Positions 29,924-44,743 of a DNA stretch of 64,000 bases are shown piece by piece. A program made the translations under genes and the position numbers. The DNA comes from Planctomycetota bacterium (GTDB lineage: Bacteria; Planctomycetota; UBA1135; UBA2386). The stretch is taken from contig JBKAGP010000001.1 of NCBI GenBank assembly GCA_046290465.1, positions 1,376,001-1,440,000 on the forward strand, in the 5' to 3' direction. The notes beneath the pieces were generated by a model, which was given only the letters and a program-made list of their open reading frames with translations, was not told where the DNA came from and did not search any database. Positions within the stretch are counted from its first letter, which is position 1, and each line of letters starts with the position of its first letter.

Positions 29924-30697
29924 ATGCCATCGCCGCCTCCGCAGCGCCGCTTCGCGGTTCTCATCGACGCCGACAACGTCTCCGCCAAGGCCCTCGAAGG
30001 CATCTTGGCCGAGGTCGCCAACTACGGCACCGCCATGGTCAAGCGCATCTACGGCGACTGGACCACCCCGTCGCTCAATTCGTGGAAGCCGATGCTGCTC
30101 GAACACGCGATCCAGCCGATCCAGCAGTTCCGCTACACGACGGGCAAGAACGCGACCGACAGCGCGCTGATCATCGACGCGATGGACCTGCTCTACGAGG
30201 GCAAGCTCGACGGCTTCTGCCTGGTCAGCAGCGACAGCGACTTCACCCGGCTGGCCTCGCGGATCCGCGAGGAGGGGCTGATGGTGATCGGCTTCGGCGA
30301 ACGCAAGACACCGCGCGCGTTCGTGACCGCGTGCGACCGCTTCGTGCACACCGACATCCTGCGCGGCGCACGGCGGCCCGACGAGGACGAGGAGGACGAC
30401 CCGCGCACCCGCGGCGAGACGCTGCCGATCGACGACAAGCTGGTCGAACTGCTGCGCTGGGCGGTCGGAGCCAGCGACGACGAGGAGGGCTGGGCCGACC
30501 TCGGCACGGTCGGCGCCAAGGTGATGGCGCAGCAGCCGGACTTCGACGCGCGCAGCTACGGCCACGGCAAGCTGTCGAGCCTGGTCGAGGCGACCGAGGC
30601 GTTCGAGATCGCGCGCGAGACCAGCAAGAACGGCCGCGTCGACGTGCTGATCAAGAGCAAGCCGAAGAAGAAGCGCCGCTCGCGCGCGCGCCGCTGA
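29924..30697 (+). CDS. NYN domain protein with C-terminal OST-HTH/LOTUS domain
   Basis: AVLIDADN, RIYGDW, GKNATDSALIIDAMDLL, VSSDSDFTRLA, FDARSYGHGKLSSL. Confidence 0.92.
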   Translation: MPSPPPQRRFAVLIDADNVSAKALEGILAEVANYGTAMVKRIYGDWTTPSLNSWKPMLLEHAIQPIQQFRYTTGKNATDSALIIDAMDLLYEGKLDGFCLVSSDSDFTRLASRIREEGLMVIGFGERKTPRAFVTACDRFVHTDILRGARRPDEDEEDDPRTRGETLPIDDKLVELLRWAVGASDDEEGWADLGTVGAKVMAQQPDFDARSYGHGKLSSLVEATEAFEIARETSKNGRVDVLIKSKPKKKRRSRARR

Positions 30698-30715
30698 GCG
30701 GCGGCCGTCGCTTCA

Positions 30716-31099
30716 TCAGGGCTCGAACCGGATGACCGTGCCCTGCACGGTCCGGTCGACGTCGATGCCGCAGCCGTCGGGGCCGCCGGCGGAGACCAAA
30801 AGCCCACCGCCGGTCAGCACCAGCGCGTCGCCGCCGAACTGCCGCGCGCGTTCCTTCATGCGCTCGACGATCGCCGCGAAGCCGTGCAGGTCGCTGCCCT
30901 CGCCGACCACCTTGCCGACCTTGCGGTAGCCCGCGAGGCCGTCGAACGCGTCGTAGACGACGATCGGGTGGTCGGCTGCGCGCGGCTCGAAGGTGTCTCG
31001 TCCGAGACGCACTCCGGACGCCGAGACGCAGGAGAACAGGAACAACGCCAGGACCGCCAACGCGGCACTGGCGCGGCGACGCGACAGATGCATGGGCAT
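30716..31099 (-). CDS. Small hypothetical lipoprotein (YbjQ-like fold possible)
   Basis: Lipobox LFSC; MKERARQFGGDALV. Confidence 0.6.
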   Translation of the reverse strand: MPMHLSRRRASAALAVLALFLFSCVSASGVRLGRDTFEPRAADHPIVVYDAFDGLAGYRKVGKVVGEGSDLHGFAAIVERMKERARQFGGDALVLTGGGLLVSAGGPDGCGIDVDRTVQGTVIRFEP

Positions 31100-31143
31100 G
31101 CCCTCGCCGTGGCAACCACCATGCCGGCCGGTAGCCTTCCCGC

Positions 31144-31869
31144 ATGAGCGAGCCCGACCAGATCCAGGCCGTTCGCGCGCTGTTCGCGCGCGAGACCGAC
31201 GGCGTCCTGTGCACCGCCCACGCGCGTTCGTCCGCCTGGCCCTACGGCTCGGTGGTGCCGTTCGCGCTGCTCGAACAGGGGGACGCGGTGATCTTCGTGT
31301 CCGACATCGCCGAGCACACCGCCAACCTGCGCGCCGACCCGCGCGCGACCCTGCTGGTGCGCGACTCCGCCAGCGACGACGCGCAGGCCGATGCGCGGCA
31401 CGCGATGATGGTGCGCGCCCGCCGACCCGACGGCGACGAGCAAGACCAGCTCGAACGCGTCTACTTCGCGCGGTTCCCCGGCGCCGCGCGCATGCGCGAG
31501 GCGCACGGCTTCTCGGCGTGGCGGCTCGAGTGCGAGCGCATCCGCTGGATCGCCGGGTTCGGCTCGATGGGTTGGATCGACCGGCCGACCTGGACCGGCG
31601 AACCCGACCCGATCGCGCCGCACGCCGACCGCATCGTCGCGCACCTCGACGACGACCACGCCGACGCGATGCGCGAACTCGCGGTCGCGTTCGGCGTGCC
31701 CGACGCCACCGCCGCGCGCGCCGTGGCCGTCGATCGCGGCGGCCTCGACCTGGTGGCCGAAGTCGCCGGCGGCGGCGACCGGCCGGCGCGGGCCCCGTTC
31801 CGGTCGATCGCGACGACCGCCGACGAGGTGCGCCAACAGGTCATCGCTCTGCTGCGCGAGATCCGCTGA
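31144..31869 (+). CDS. Pyridoxamine 5'-phosphate oxidase-like / HugZ family protein with DUF2470-like domain
   Basis: PYGSVV, SDIAEHTANLRADPRATLLV, RWIAGFG, IVAHLDDDH, VDRGG. Confidence 0.85.
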   Translation: MSEPDQIQAVRALFARETDGVLCTAHARSSAWPYGSVVPFALLEQGDAVIFVSDIAEHTANLRADPRATLLVRDSASDDAQADARHAMMVRARRPDGDEQDQLERVYFARFPGAARMREAHGFSAWRLECERIRWIAGFGSMGWIDRPTWTGEPDPIAPHADRIVAHLDDDHADAMRELAVAFGVPDATAARAVAVDRGGLDLVAEVAGGGDRPARAPFRSIATTADEVRQQVIALLREIR

Positions 31870-31981
31870 GCCCCCAGGGTCCTGGCCCGGCGCCAGAACG
31901 CTTCGGCGGCGCCGCCCGGTCTGCTACGCTGCTCCCCCGAAATCCCCCTACCCGCCGCACGACGAAGCGAAGACGCCCGAG

Positions 31982-34756
<2,775 letters not shown>

Positions 34757-34768
34757 GCCGGCGCGGTG

Positions 34769-36742
34769 CTACCAGCCCATCGCCGCACGCACCTGCTCCA
34801 CCAACGGGTCCGTCACCACTTCGGTGCCGACACGCGCTGGCAGCCCATCCCAATGCGCCAGAGACTTCTGCAGCTGCTTCCGATGCCGCGCGGCTTGCTC
34901 CTCCTTCGGCGGGCTGCATCGTTGCGCGCATTCGTAGCAGAGGTAGTTGCGCGCGACCCAGTCGCGCGTCGCGGACCGATCGGCGTCTTCGAGCGGCTCT
35001 AGCAGTTCGTCGCAGTCCCGGAAGCGCTGATAGGCGCGCTCGTAGAGCCCGAGGTCGCGATAGAGGTTGGCTACTCCGTTGAAGACGTCTCCCTGGTCGA
35101 CCGCCCACGCGAGGCCAAGCTGGAGCCGCGCCAACTGCGCATCACGATCGACCTGCTCCAGCAATTCGATCGTGGCCTGCCGTTGCTCGAGCTGCCTCTC
35201 GGTCAAGGCCGCACGCAGCATGGCCCGCATGCGGTTGCTCCGGTACAGCACGTCGTCGGGCCGCTGCTCCAGCAGCTCGTCGTTGCGAGCGATCGCTCGC
35301 GCGAACAGCGGTCGTGCCAGACGATGTTCTCCGAGGGTGAACTGGATCAGGCCGAGCGCGTCGGCTACGAGGCTGTCGGCGTAGGCGAGATCCTCGTCGT
35401 TCGGAGATTCCGCCGCCAGACGCTGCAGGCGCTCGTTGGTGTCGTCGAGGCTCGCGCGTAGCTGCACGTCCTGCCGGTAGCCGTTGGCGAGGCCGCGCTC
35501 ATCGGCAGCGGCCTGCGCGTCGTGGCGGGCAGCGCCGTTCAGCACATGGGCCAGCGTCACAGCAACATCCGCCAGCTGCGCCGAGGACTCCGCCTGCGCG
35601 CGCCAGCTGCGTGCCGCCTCGAACGAGAGCACCGTCGCCAGCAGCAGCAAGAGCGCGACCAGCCCCACCCCACCGACGGCGTACGGGCGACGACGCGCCG
35701 CGCGCACCCAGCGGGTCACCGGCCCGACATGCCTCGCCTGCACCGGCTCACCGGCCATCACGCGGTCGAGGTCATCGGCAAACTGCGCCGCGGATGCGTA
35801 GCGCCTGGCGCCTTGCTTGCTGAGCGCCATGTCCACACAGGCGGCCAGCTCGGGGCCGACCACGGGGTTCAGCGCGCGCAGGTCCGGCGGCTCCGAGGAT
35901 CGGATGGCAGCGCGGATGGCATCGGGGGACGGCCCTTCGAATGGCCGCTGTCCCGCCAGCAACTCGAACAACAGCACGCCGGTCGCCCAGATGTCGACGG
36001 CGGCGTCCATCGTGCGGCCGTCGAACTGCTCGGGCGCCATGTAGTAGGGCGTGCCGACCACGTCGGCCGTGCGGCTCAACGAGTTGTCGGCCTCGTCACA
36101 CACCGCCGCGAACCCGAAGTCGATCAGGACGACCCGACCACGCTCATCGACCATCACGTTGGCCGGCTTGACGTCCCGGTGCACGACGCCCTGGTCGTGC
36201 GCCGCGGCCAACGCACGCAGGATCGACACGGCGATCCGGCACACCTGGCGCACGCCGACGGCGTCGGGCACGACCGCAGGCTTCTCTCGGTCGGCCAGCG
36301 ACGCACCATCGATCCACTCCATGGCGAGGAAGTGCACGCCGTCATGCTCGCCGTGGCCGTAGACCCGCGCGATGCCGTCGTGCTCCAACATCTGCACGAT
36401 GTCGGCCTCGCGCGCGAACCGCCGCACGCGCCGCTCCTCGAGCGCCGCCTTCAACACCTTCAGCGCCACCAGCCGGTCGCGCGCGGGGGTCAACGCGCTG
36501 TAGACGATCGACGTGCCACCGCTGCCGACCTGGCGCAGCAGTTCGTACCCGGCGAGCTGGCGCCCGGCTACGCCTTCGACCGGCGTACCGGTCAGCGCGG
36601 CATACTCGTCGGCCAGCTCGCGCGCACAGTGCGGAAACCGGGCCTGGTAGTACTCGACCGGCCGCAACGCCCCGGACTTGCGGTCGCGTTCGAACTCGTC
36701 GAAGAACCGCATCAGGTAGACCTCCAACGGCAGCGCGCTCAT
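34769..36742 (-). CDS. Hanks-type Ser/Thr protein kinase with TM helix and TPR-like C-terminal domain
   Basis: GSGGTSIVY, VALK, HRDVKPAN, DFG, GTPYYMAPE, DIWATG; TM GVGLVALLLLLATVLSF. Start overlaps the ECF stop (ATGA). Confidence 0.93.
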   Translation of the reverse strand: MSALPLEVYLMRFFDEFERDRKSGALRPVEYYQARFPHCARELADEYAALTGTPVEGVAGRQLAGYELLRQVGSGGTSIVYSALTPARDRLVALKVLKAALEERRVRRFAREADIVQMLEHDGIARVYGHGEHDGVHFLAMEWIDGASLADREKPAVVPDAVGVRQVCRIAVSILRALAAAHDQGVVHRDVKPANVMVDERGRVVLIDFGFAAVCDEADNSLSRTADVVGTPYYMAPEQFDGRTMDAAVDIWATGVLLFELLAGQRPFEGPSPDAIRAAIRSSEPPDLRALNPVVGPELAACVDMALSKQGARRYASAAQFADDLDRVMAGEPVQARHVGPVTRWVRAARRRPYAVGGVGLVALLLLLATVLSFEAARSWRAQAESSAQLADVAVTLAHVLNGAARHDAQAAADERGLANGYRQDVQLRASLDDTNERLQRLAAESPNDEDLAYADSLVADALGLIQFTLGEHRLARPLFARAIARNDELLEQRPDDVLYRSNRMRAMLRAALTERQLEQRQATIELLEQVDRDAQLARLQLGLAWAVDQGDVFNGVANLYRDLGLYERAYQRFRDCDELLEPLEDADRSATRDWVARNYLCYECAQRCSPPKEEQAARHRKQLQKSLAHWDGLPARVGTEVVTDPLVEQVRAAMGW

Positions 36743-37425
36743 TCTGCGCCCTCCTCGCGCGCGGGCTCGGCGACGTCGTCCACGGACGCCGGCTCGACGC
36801 CCAGGCCCAACCGCTCGAGCACCGCGAGCTCACTCAGGGCCCGCTGGACCCGCTTGCGTGCCGCCGGCACCGTGAGCCCCACGCGCGGCGCGAGCTGCGC
36901 GTAGGGCACCTCGAGCATCCAGCCGTGCAGCAGTTCGCGGTCGACGGCATCGCGACCATCGACGAGGGCACGCAGGCGCTGCTGCTGTTCGTGCACGACC
37001 GCCTTGCTCATCACGCTGCGCGTGTCGGCGGCTATGCCTTCCTGGAAGGAGGTCGGAACCTGCTCACGCGACTTCCGGATGGCTGCCTGCAGCACGCGCC
37101 AGAACACGTTGCGGACCGTGGAGCGGAGGTAGCCGACGAACACAGGTGCCAGCCGGCCATCCTGCTTCGCCTCGATCGACCATCCGTGTTTGCAGAGTAT
37201 GTACCACACCTCCTGCACGAGGTCCTCGGGCGACATCCCCCGGGACAGCTGATCGCGGGTGTAGTGTGGGCAGGTACCGAACGCGACCTCGGCAAATGCC
37301 GCCACGCAGCCGCCGAAGTGCTGCGCGCACCACTCACGCGCGCCCTGGTCGCCGCCGACCGCACGCTCGATCTGCCGTTGCTCTTCGTGTTCGTCCGGTC
37401 CCATCAACACCTCCGCAGGCACCAT
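36739..37425 (-). CDS. ECF-type RNA polymerase sigma factor
   Basis: GDQGARE, SPEDLVQEVW (region 2), FVGYLRSTVRN, PYAQLAPRVGLTVPAARKRVQRAL (region 4 HTH). Start is 37425 or 37404. Confidence 0.88.
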   Translation of the reverse strand: MVPAEVLMGPDEHEEQRQIERAVGGDQGAREWCAQHFGGCVAAFAEVAFGTCPHYTRDQLSRGMSPEDLVQEVWYILCKHGWSIEAKQDGRLAPVFVGYLRSTVRNVFWRVLQAAIRKSREQVPTSFQEGIAADTRSVMSKAVVHEQQQRLRALVDGRDAVDRELLHGWMLEVPYAQLAPRVGLTVPAARKRVQRALSELAVLERLGLGVEPASVDDVAEPAREEGAE

Positions 37426-37571
37426 CGCCAGGCCGCAATTCTATCGCGATAGAGAATTCTCGTCACGGCCGGGGCACGCCGGAGATGGATGGGGCGTCGG
37501 GCGCACGCGGCTGCAGGTCGCGGCGGCGTGCACCACGGCGTCATCCCTGACAGGTCCTTCCACGAATCACC

Positions 37572-38561
37572 ATGCAACCCATCGCGATCTTCCCATCCGC
37601 GTTCGCCAGCTTCGGGCTCGCCAGCTTCGTGCTTGCCAGCTTCGGGCTCGCCTGGGCCGCGCCCGCCTCCGCGCAGGCATGCGTCCCCTACTGTGCCGCC
37701 AGCGCATCCAGCGCCTGCTGTTCCAACACCGGAACGCTCAAGGAGTACATCAGCTCCGTCAGCATCGCCGGCATGACCCAGTCGACCAACTTCGGGATCA
37801 GCTGTCCCGGCGGCTACAACGGCTACCGCGACTACACCAACCGCATCGTCAACGTCGCAGTCGGCGGCACCTTCACGCTGACGCTCGGCGCCACGGTCCC
37901 CAACCAGCCGCTGTGCTCGACGTTCACGCCGTTCTGCCGGGTCTGGTTCGACTGGGACGGCGACGGCGTCTTCGCGACCGGCGAACAGACCGACGTGCCG
38001 CGCATCGGCAACACCCTGGTCTACGCGACCAACATCACGGTGCCGGCCAACGCCGTCGACTACACGCGCATGCGCGTCGGCTCGGCCTGGCCGGGACCGC
38101 CGCCGCCGTGCGGGGTGATCTTCAACGCCGCCAGCTTCCAGGACTTCACCGTGCTGGTCGCGGGCGGCGCCCCTGCGGGCCGCGTCGTCTACGGCGCCGG
38201 CCACCCGGGCACCAACGGCATCCCCGCGATCGGCGCCAGCCAGGTGCCGAGCGTCGGCAACGCCGCCTTCGAACTCGAGGTCTCGGGCGCGTTCCCCAAC
38301 TCGCTCGGGGTGCTCGGGGTCGGTGACGGCCAGGGAGCGACCCCGCTGTTCGGCGGCACACTGCTGCTGGACGTCAACCAGACGATCCACGTGCTCGGCG
38401 CCGCCATCGACGCGGCCGGCGACGGCGTGGTCCCGGTGCCGCTGCCCAACCAGCCGGCGCTGCTCTGCTCGACCTTCTTCTGCCAATGGCTGGTCCTCGA
38501 TCCGGGCGCCAGCCAGCAGTTTGCGTTCACGCCGGGCCTGCGGCTCGACATCCGCGAATGA
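37572..38561 (+). CDS. Secreted GEVED-like domain protein with C-terminal domain
   Basis: Signal peptide, YC....EYISSV, GYRDYT, RVWFDWDGDGVF, TRMRV, FQDFTV resemble GEVED. Confidence 0.75.
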   Translation: MQPIAIFPSAFASFGLASFVLASFGLAWAAPASAQACVPYCAASASSACCSNTGTLKEYISSVSIAGMTQSTNFGISCPGGYNGYRDYTNRIVNVAVGGTFTLTLGATVPNQPLCSTFTPFCRVWFDWDGDGVFATGEQTDVPRIGNTLVYATNITVPANAVDYTRMRVGSAWPGPPPPCGVIFNAASFQDFTVLVAGGAPAGRVVYGAGHPGTNGIPAIGASQVPSVGNAAFELEVSGAFPNSLGVLGVGDGQGATPLFGGTLLLDVNQTIHVLGAAIDAAGDGVVPVPLPNQPALLCSTFFCQWLVLDPGASQQFAFTPGLRLDIRE

Positions 38562-38646
38562 CCGATCGTCCGGCCGCCGGCGCGCGTCGCGGCCACGCTG
38601 CTACCCCCTGACCCGGATCGAATCGATCCACAACCCCTGAACCCCA

Positions 38647-39021
38647 ATGCGAAACGCCTTCGTCACCCTGTTCTGCTCCGTCGCCCTGGTCGGCTCGATC
38701 GCCGCCCAGAACGAGAGCCGCATCCGCTGCGTCGCCAGCAACACCACCGTCATCGGTCCAGCTCACGGCCAACTGCGCTTCACCTGCACCGGCTTCCTCG
38801 GCGACCAGGTGTTGATCTTCAACGGCTTCGGCATCCCGACGGTGCAAGGCACGATCGGGCAGCTGCGCAACCACCCGAACGTGCGCAAGACCGTGCTGCA
38901 CTCGGGCGGCCAGACCAGCCTGCGCTTCCAGTTCGTGAACCGTCCCGACCTGAACCAGGGTCAGGTCTACATCCTGCGCGGCAACCTGCTGATCGACCAG
39001 GACCCGATCCAGCTCTACTAG
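38647..39021 (+). CDS. Small secreted hypothetical protein
   Basis: Signal peptide ending IAAQ; good codon bias. Confidence 0.7.
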   Translation: MRNAFVTLFCSVALVGSIAAQNESRIRCVASNTTVIGPAHGQLRFTCTGFLGDQVLIFNGFGIPTVQGTIGQLRNHPNVRKTVLHSGGQTSLRFQFVNRPDLNQGQVYILRGNLLIDQDPIQLY

Positions 39022-39084
39022 CTCCGCGTCTCGAACGGCCCTTCGCCCCTCCCGTGCCGGCCAGGAGTCTCGGCGCCTCCCGGC

Positions 39085-39195
39085 CGGCGTTCCCGATCGC
39101 CCCCGCGAACCATCGGCACGATCGCGTTCCAGGGGCTGGCGTTCACCAGCCTGCTCGACCTGGCGCTCACCCAGGCGCGCGAGATCGACTGCTGA
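39085..39195 (+). pseudogene. Possible remnant of a gene carrying the shared C-terminal domain
   Basis: Reads FPIAPA then, after a one-base shift, IGTIAFQGLAFTSLLDLALTQAREIDC*; strong coding-like codon usage but no start of its own. Confidence 0.4.
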
Positions 39196-39291
39196 GGCAC
39201 GCCAGCGGAGGCTCGCTACCAATCACCCTCTGGCATGCTCCCGGGGACCTGCCGGCCCGCCGCGGCTGGACCTTCTCACGCGTCGCCGGAT

Positions 39292-39990
39292 CTACCGCTT
39301 GTCGGCGCTCGCCTCGGCCGCCGCCGGCTTGACGATCTCGACCGGCACGTTGCTGCGCGCGACGTTGCTGCCGTCGAGCCCGCTCATCGCGTTCGACATC
39401 GTGATCTGCAGCGCGCGGCCGATCAGACGGTAGGGACTGACCGGCTTGACCTGCAGCTCGGTGCGCTGGCGGTTGCCGTAGACGTGGTCGTGCCAGAGCG
39501 GCCGTTCGCCGTCGGCAGCGGCCGGACCGAGCACCTCGATGCGCAGACCGACCTCGGCGAACGTCAGCGAGCCCGCCATGCCCTCCTTGGCGCCGACGGT
39601 GAACATCACCAGGCTCGGCTTCAGGATGATCGTCTCCGGCGTCGCCTGGTCGACGAAGCCGCCGAACAGCTCGCTGCGCTCGAGCTGCCGGTCGAGCACC
39701 TCGCTGATCATGTCGGCGACCGGGCGCTCCCAGAAGTCGTCGGTCCCGTACTGGATCGGAAAGCCGCGCTCGTGCAGCGGCAGCACCGAGCCGTCGCGTT
39801 CGTCCTTGATCGGCGCCACGAACACCGGCACGTCCCCCGGTGCCTTGGTGACGAACGGCACGTCGGCGTAGAACAGCTCGTTGGTGGCGAGGTCGGCGGT
39901 GTAGTCGAACGCCCCGCAGCCCGACAGCAGCGCGGCGAACAGGACGAGAGAGAGACCCCGGAACGTGGCCACAGGGAGGGTGCGCGTCAT
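39292..39990 (-). CDS. Hypothetical lipoprotein
   Basis: Lipobox LLSGC; alpha/beta domain. Confidence 0.75.
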   Translation of the reverse strand: MTRTLPVATFRGLSLVLFAALLSGCGAFDYTADLATNELFYADVPFVTKAPGDVPVFVAPIKDERDGSVLPLHERGFPIQYGTDDFWERPVADMISEVLDRQLERSELFGGFVDQATPETIILKPSLVMFTVGAKEGMAGSLTFAEVGLRIEVLGPAAADGERPLWHDHVYGNRQRTELQVKPVSPYRLIGRALQITMSNAMSGLDGSNVARSNVPVEIVKPAAAEASADKR

Positions 39991-40127
39991 CACGTCGGTG
40001 CCATCGGCAGATCGGCACCGGGACCTCAAGGCCGACCGCCGATCCGGGCCGTTTTTGCCTGCCACCCCGCCATTGGGTAGAACCCAGCAAGGGCACGGGC
40101 CGGATCCCGGCCGCCCCACCCAACTCC

Positions 40128-42902
<2,775 letters not shown>

Positions 42903-42911
42903 ACCGACCGG

Positions 42912-43781
42912 ATGACGCTGCACAGCGACCGAAAGACCCCCAACACCGACTTCGGCCGCCCCGAGGCAGGTCTGCGCCGCCGGCTGCACGACGTCATCTT
43001 CGGCATCCACACGCCGGCCGGTCGCGCGTTCGACATCGCGCTGATCTCGCTGATCGCGATCAGTGTGCTGGTCGTGATGATCGACAGCGTCGGCGACGTG
43101 CACGAGCGCTACGGCACGCTGTTCGACACCCTCGAGTGGACCTTCACGATCCTGTTCTCGCTCGAGTACCTGGCCCGGCTCTACTGCGTCGAACGCCGCG
43201 GCCGCTACGCCCGCAGCTTCTTCGGCGTCGTCGACCTGCTGGCGATCGTGCCGACCTACTTCGCGCTGCTGGCCCCGGCCGTGTCGGTGCTGGTCGACGT
43301 GCGCGTGCTGCGCCTGCTGCGCGTGTTCCGGGTGCTGCGGCTCGGCAAGTTCGTCGCCGAGTTCGGCGCGCTCGGTCGCGCGCTGGCGGCGTCGCGGCAC
43401 AAGATCTTCGTGTTCCTGTTCTTCGTCGTGATCGTCGTGCTGATCATCGGCACGCTGATGTACGTCGTCGAAGGCGAGGAGAACGGCTTCTCGTCGATCC
43501 CGATCGGCGTCTACTGGGCGATCACGACGATGACCACGGTCGGCTTCGGCGACGTCACGCCGCAGACCGACGTCGGCCGCTTCATCGCGTCGATCATGAT
43601 GCTGCTCGGCTGGGGCACGCTGGCGGTGCCGACGGGCATCGTCAGCTCGGAGTTCACCGCGGAGCGCCTCGGTCGACGCAAGCGCACCGTCGCCTGCAAC
43701 CACTGCGGCCACGAGGAGGCCGACCAGGACGCCCGCTTCTGCAAGCGCTGCGGCACCGTTCTGCCGGAGCCCGCACCATGA
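42912..43781 (+). CDS. Voltage-gated K+ channel-type ion transporter with C-terminal zinc ribbon
   Basis: S4 RVLRLLRVFRVLRL, pore TMTTVGFGD, CNHC...FCKRCG. Confidence 0.92.
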   Translation: MTLHSDRKTPNTDFGRPEAGLRRRLHDVIFGIHTPAGRAFDIALISLIAISVLVVMIDSVGDVHERYGTLFDTLEWTFTILFSLEYLARLYCVERRGRYARSFFGVVDLLAIVPTYFALLAPAVSVLVDVRVLRLLRVFRVLRLGKFVAEFGALGRALAASRHKIFVFLFFVVIVVLIIGTLMYVVEGEENGFSSIPIGVYWAITTMTTVGFGDVTPQTDVGRFIASIMMLLGWGTLAVPTGIVSSEFTAERLGRRKRTVACNHCGHEEADQDARFCKRCGTVLPEPAP

Positions 43782-44743
43782 ACCCCACCACCCTGCTGCG
43801 TCCGTCGTCGTCACTGCTGGCCATGCTCTGCGTCGTGCTGCTGGTCGTACTGTTCGCCGGGGCCTCGTGCCGGACCGCACCCCGGCCAACCAGAGGACTC
43901 GGCGAAGGACTCGGCGAACGACTCGCCGAACGGCTCGCGCAATTCGACGGCGAGGTCGGCATCTACGTGCACCACCTCGACAACGGTCAGACCGTCGCGA
44001 TCGACGCCGACCGGACGTTCCCGACCGCCAGCATGATCAAGGTGCCGATCCTCGGCGCGCTGTTCGACCGCATCGAGCGCGGCGAGCTCGGCTACCGCGA
44101 CAAGCTGACCTACACCGCCGACCGCCTCTACGCCGGTGAGGACCTGCTCGGATCGTTCGCCGACGGCCAACCGATCACGCTCGACAAGCTGGCGTTCCTG
44201 ATGATCACGACCAGCGACAACACCGCGTCGCTGTGGTGCCAGGAGCTGGCCGGCACCGGCACCGCGATCAACGCGTGGCTGCAGCAGAACGGCTTCGAGG
44301 GTACCCGCGTCAACTCGCGCACCGACGGTCGCGAGGCGGACCGCAAGCGCTACGGCTGGGGCCAGACGACGCCACGCGAGATGGCCCGGTTGCTGGTGCT
44401 TATCCGCGACCGCCAGCTGGTCTCCCCCGCCGCCAGCGAGGAGATGGCGCGCTGCCTCGCCCGGATCTACTGGGACGGCGAAGCGCTGGCGCCGATCCCG
44501 CCGGACGTCGCGACGATGAGCAAGCAGGGCGCCGTCAGCGCCTCGCGCAGCGAAGTCGTGCTGGTGCACGCGCCGCACGGCGACTACGTCTTCTGCGTGA
44601 TCACCAACGGCCAGCGCGACCGCTCGTGGCAGCACGACAACGACGGCTTCGTGCTGTTGCGCGACGTTTCGCGAATCTTGTGGCAGCACTTCGAACCCGG
44701 GCGGCCCTACAGCCCGCCCGCGGGCACGGAGAGATACCGATGA
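43778..44743 (+). CDS. Class A beta-lactamase-like serine hydrolase (probable lipoprotein)
   Basis: FPTASMIK (SxxK), SDNTA, TTPREM, KQG (KTG variant); lipobox-like GASC. ATGA overlap with the upstream gene. Confidence 0.85.
   Translation: MNPTTLLRPSSSLLAMLCVVLLVVLFAGASCRTAPRPTRGLGEGLGERLAERLAQFDGEVGIYVHHLDNGQTVAIDADRTFPTASMIKVPILGALFDRIERGELGYRDKLTYTADRLYAGEDLLGSFADGQPITLDKLAFLMITTSDNTASLWCQELAGTGTAINAWLQQNGFEGTRVNSRTDGREADRKRYGWGQTTPREMARLLVLIRDRQLVSPAASEEMARCLARIYWDGEALAPIPPDVATMSKQGAVSASRSEVVLVHAPHGDYVFCVITNGQRDRSWQHDNDGFVLLRDVSRILWQHFEPGRPYSPPAGTERYR

Noticed and set aside
29924..30697. NYN protein as an anti-phage or toxin system
   Set aside because: Ordinary stand-alone NYN-LOTUS architecture with no partner or defence-island context.
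21894..30735. Very long ORFs in the track (21894-25343, 27070-30735; likewise 49327-52047, 41214-43889, 57762-60329)
   Set aside because: Antisense or alternate-frame shadows of well-supported genes, as expected in GC-rich DNA; no motifs of their own.
39019..39021. Pyrrolysine or programmed amber read-through
   Set aside because: No pyl genes in the window, RF1 is present, TAG is a common stop here, and the codons just after the stop look non-coding.
43778..44743. Acquired antibiotic-resistance beta-lactamase
   Set aside because: No clear ExxLN motif, KQG instead of KTG, native codon usage and no mobile context.
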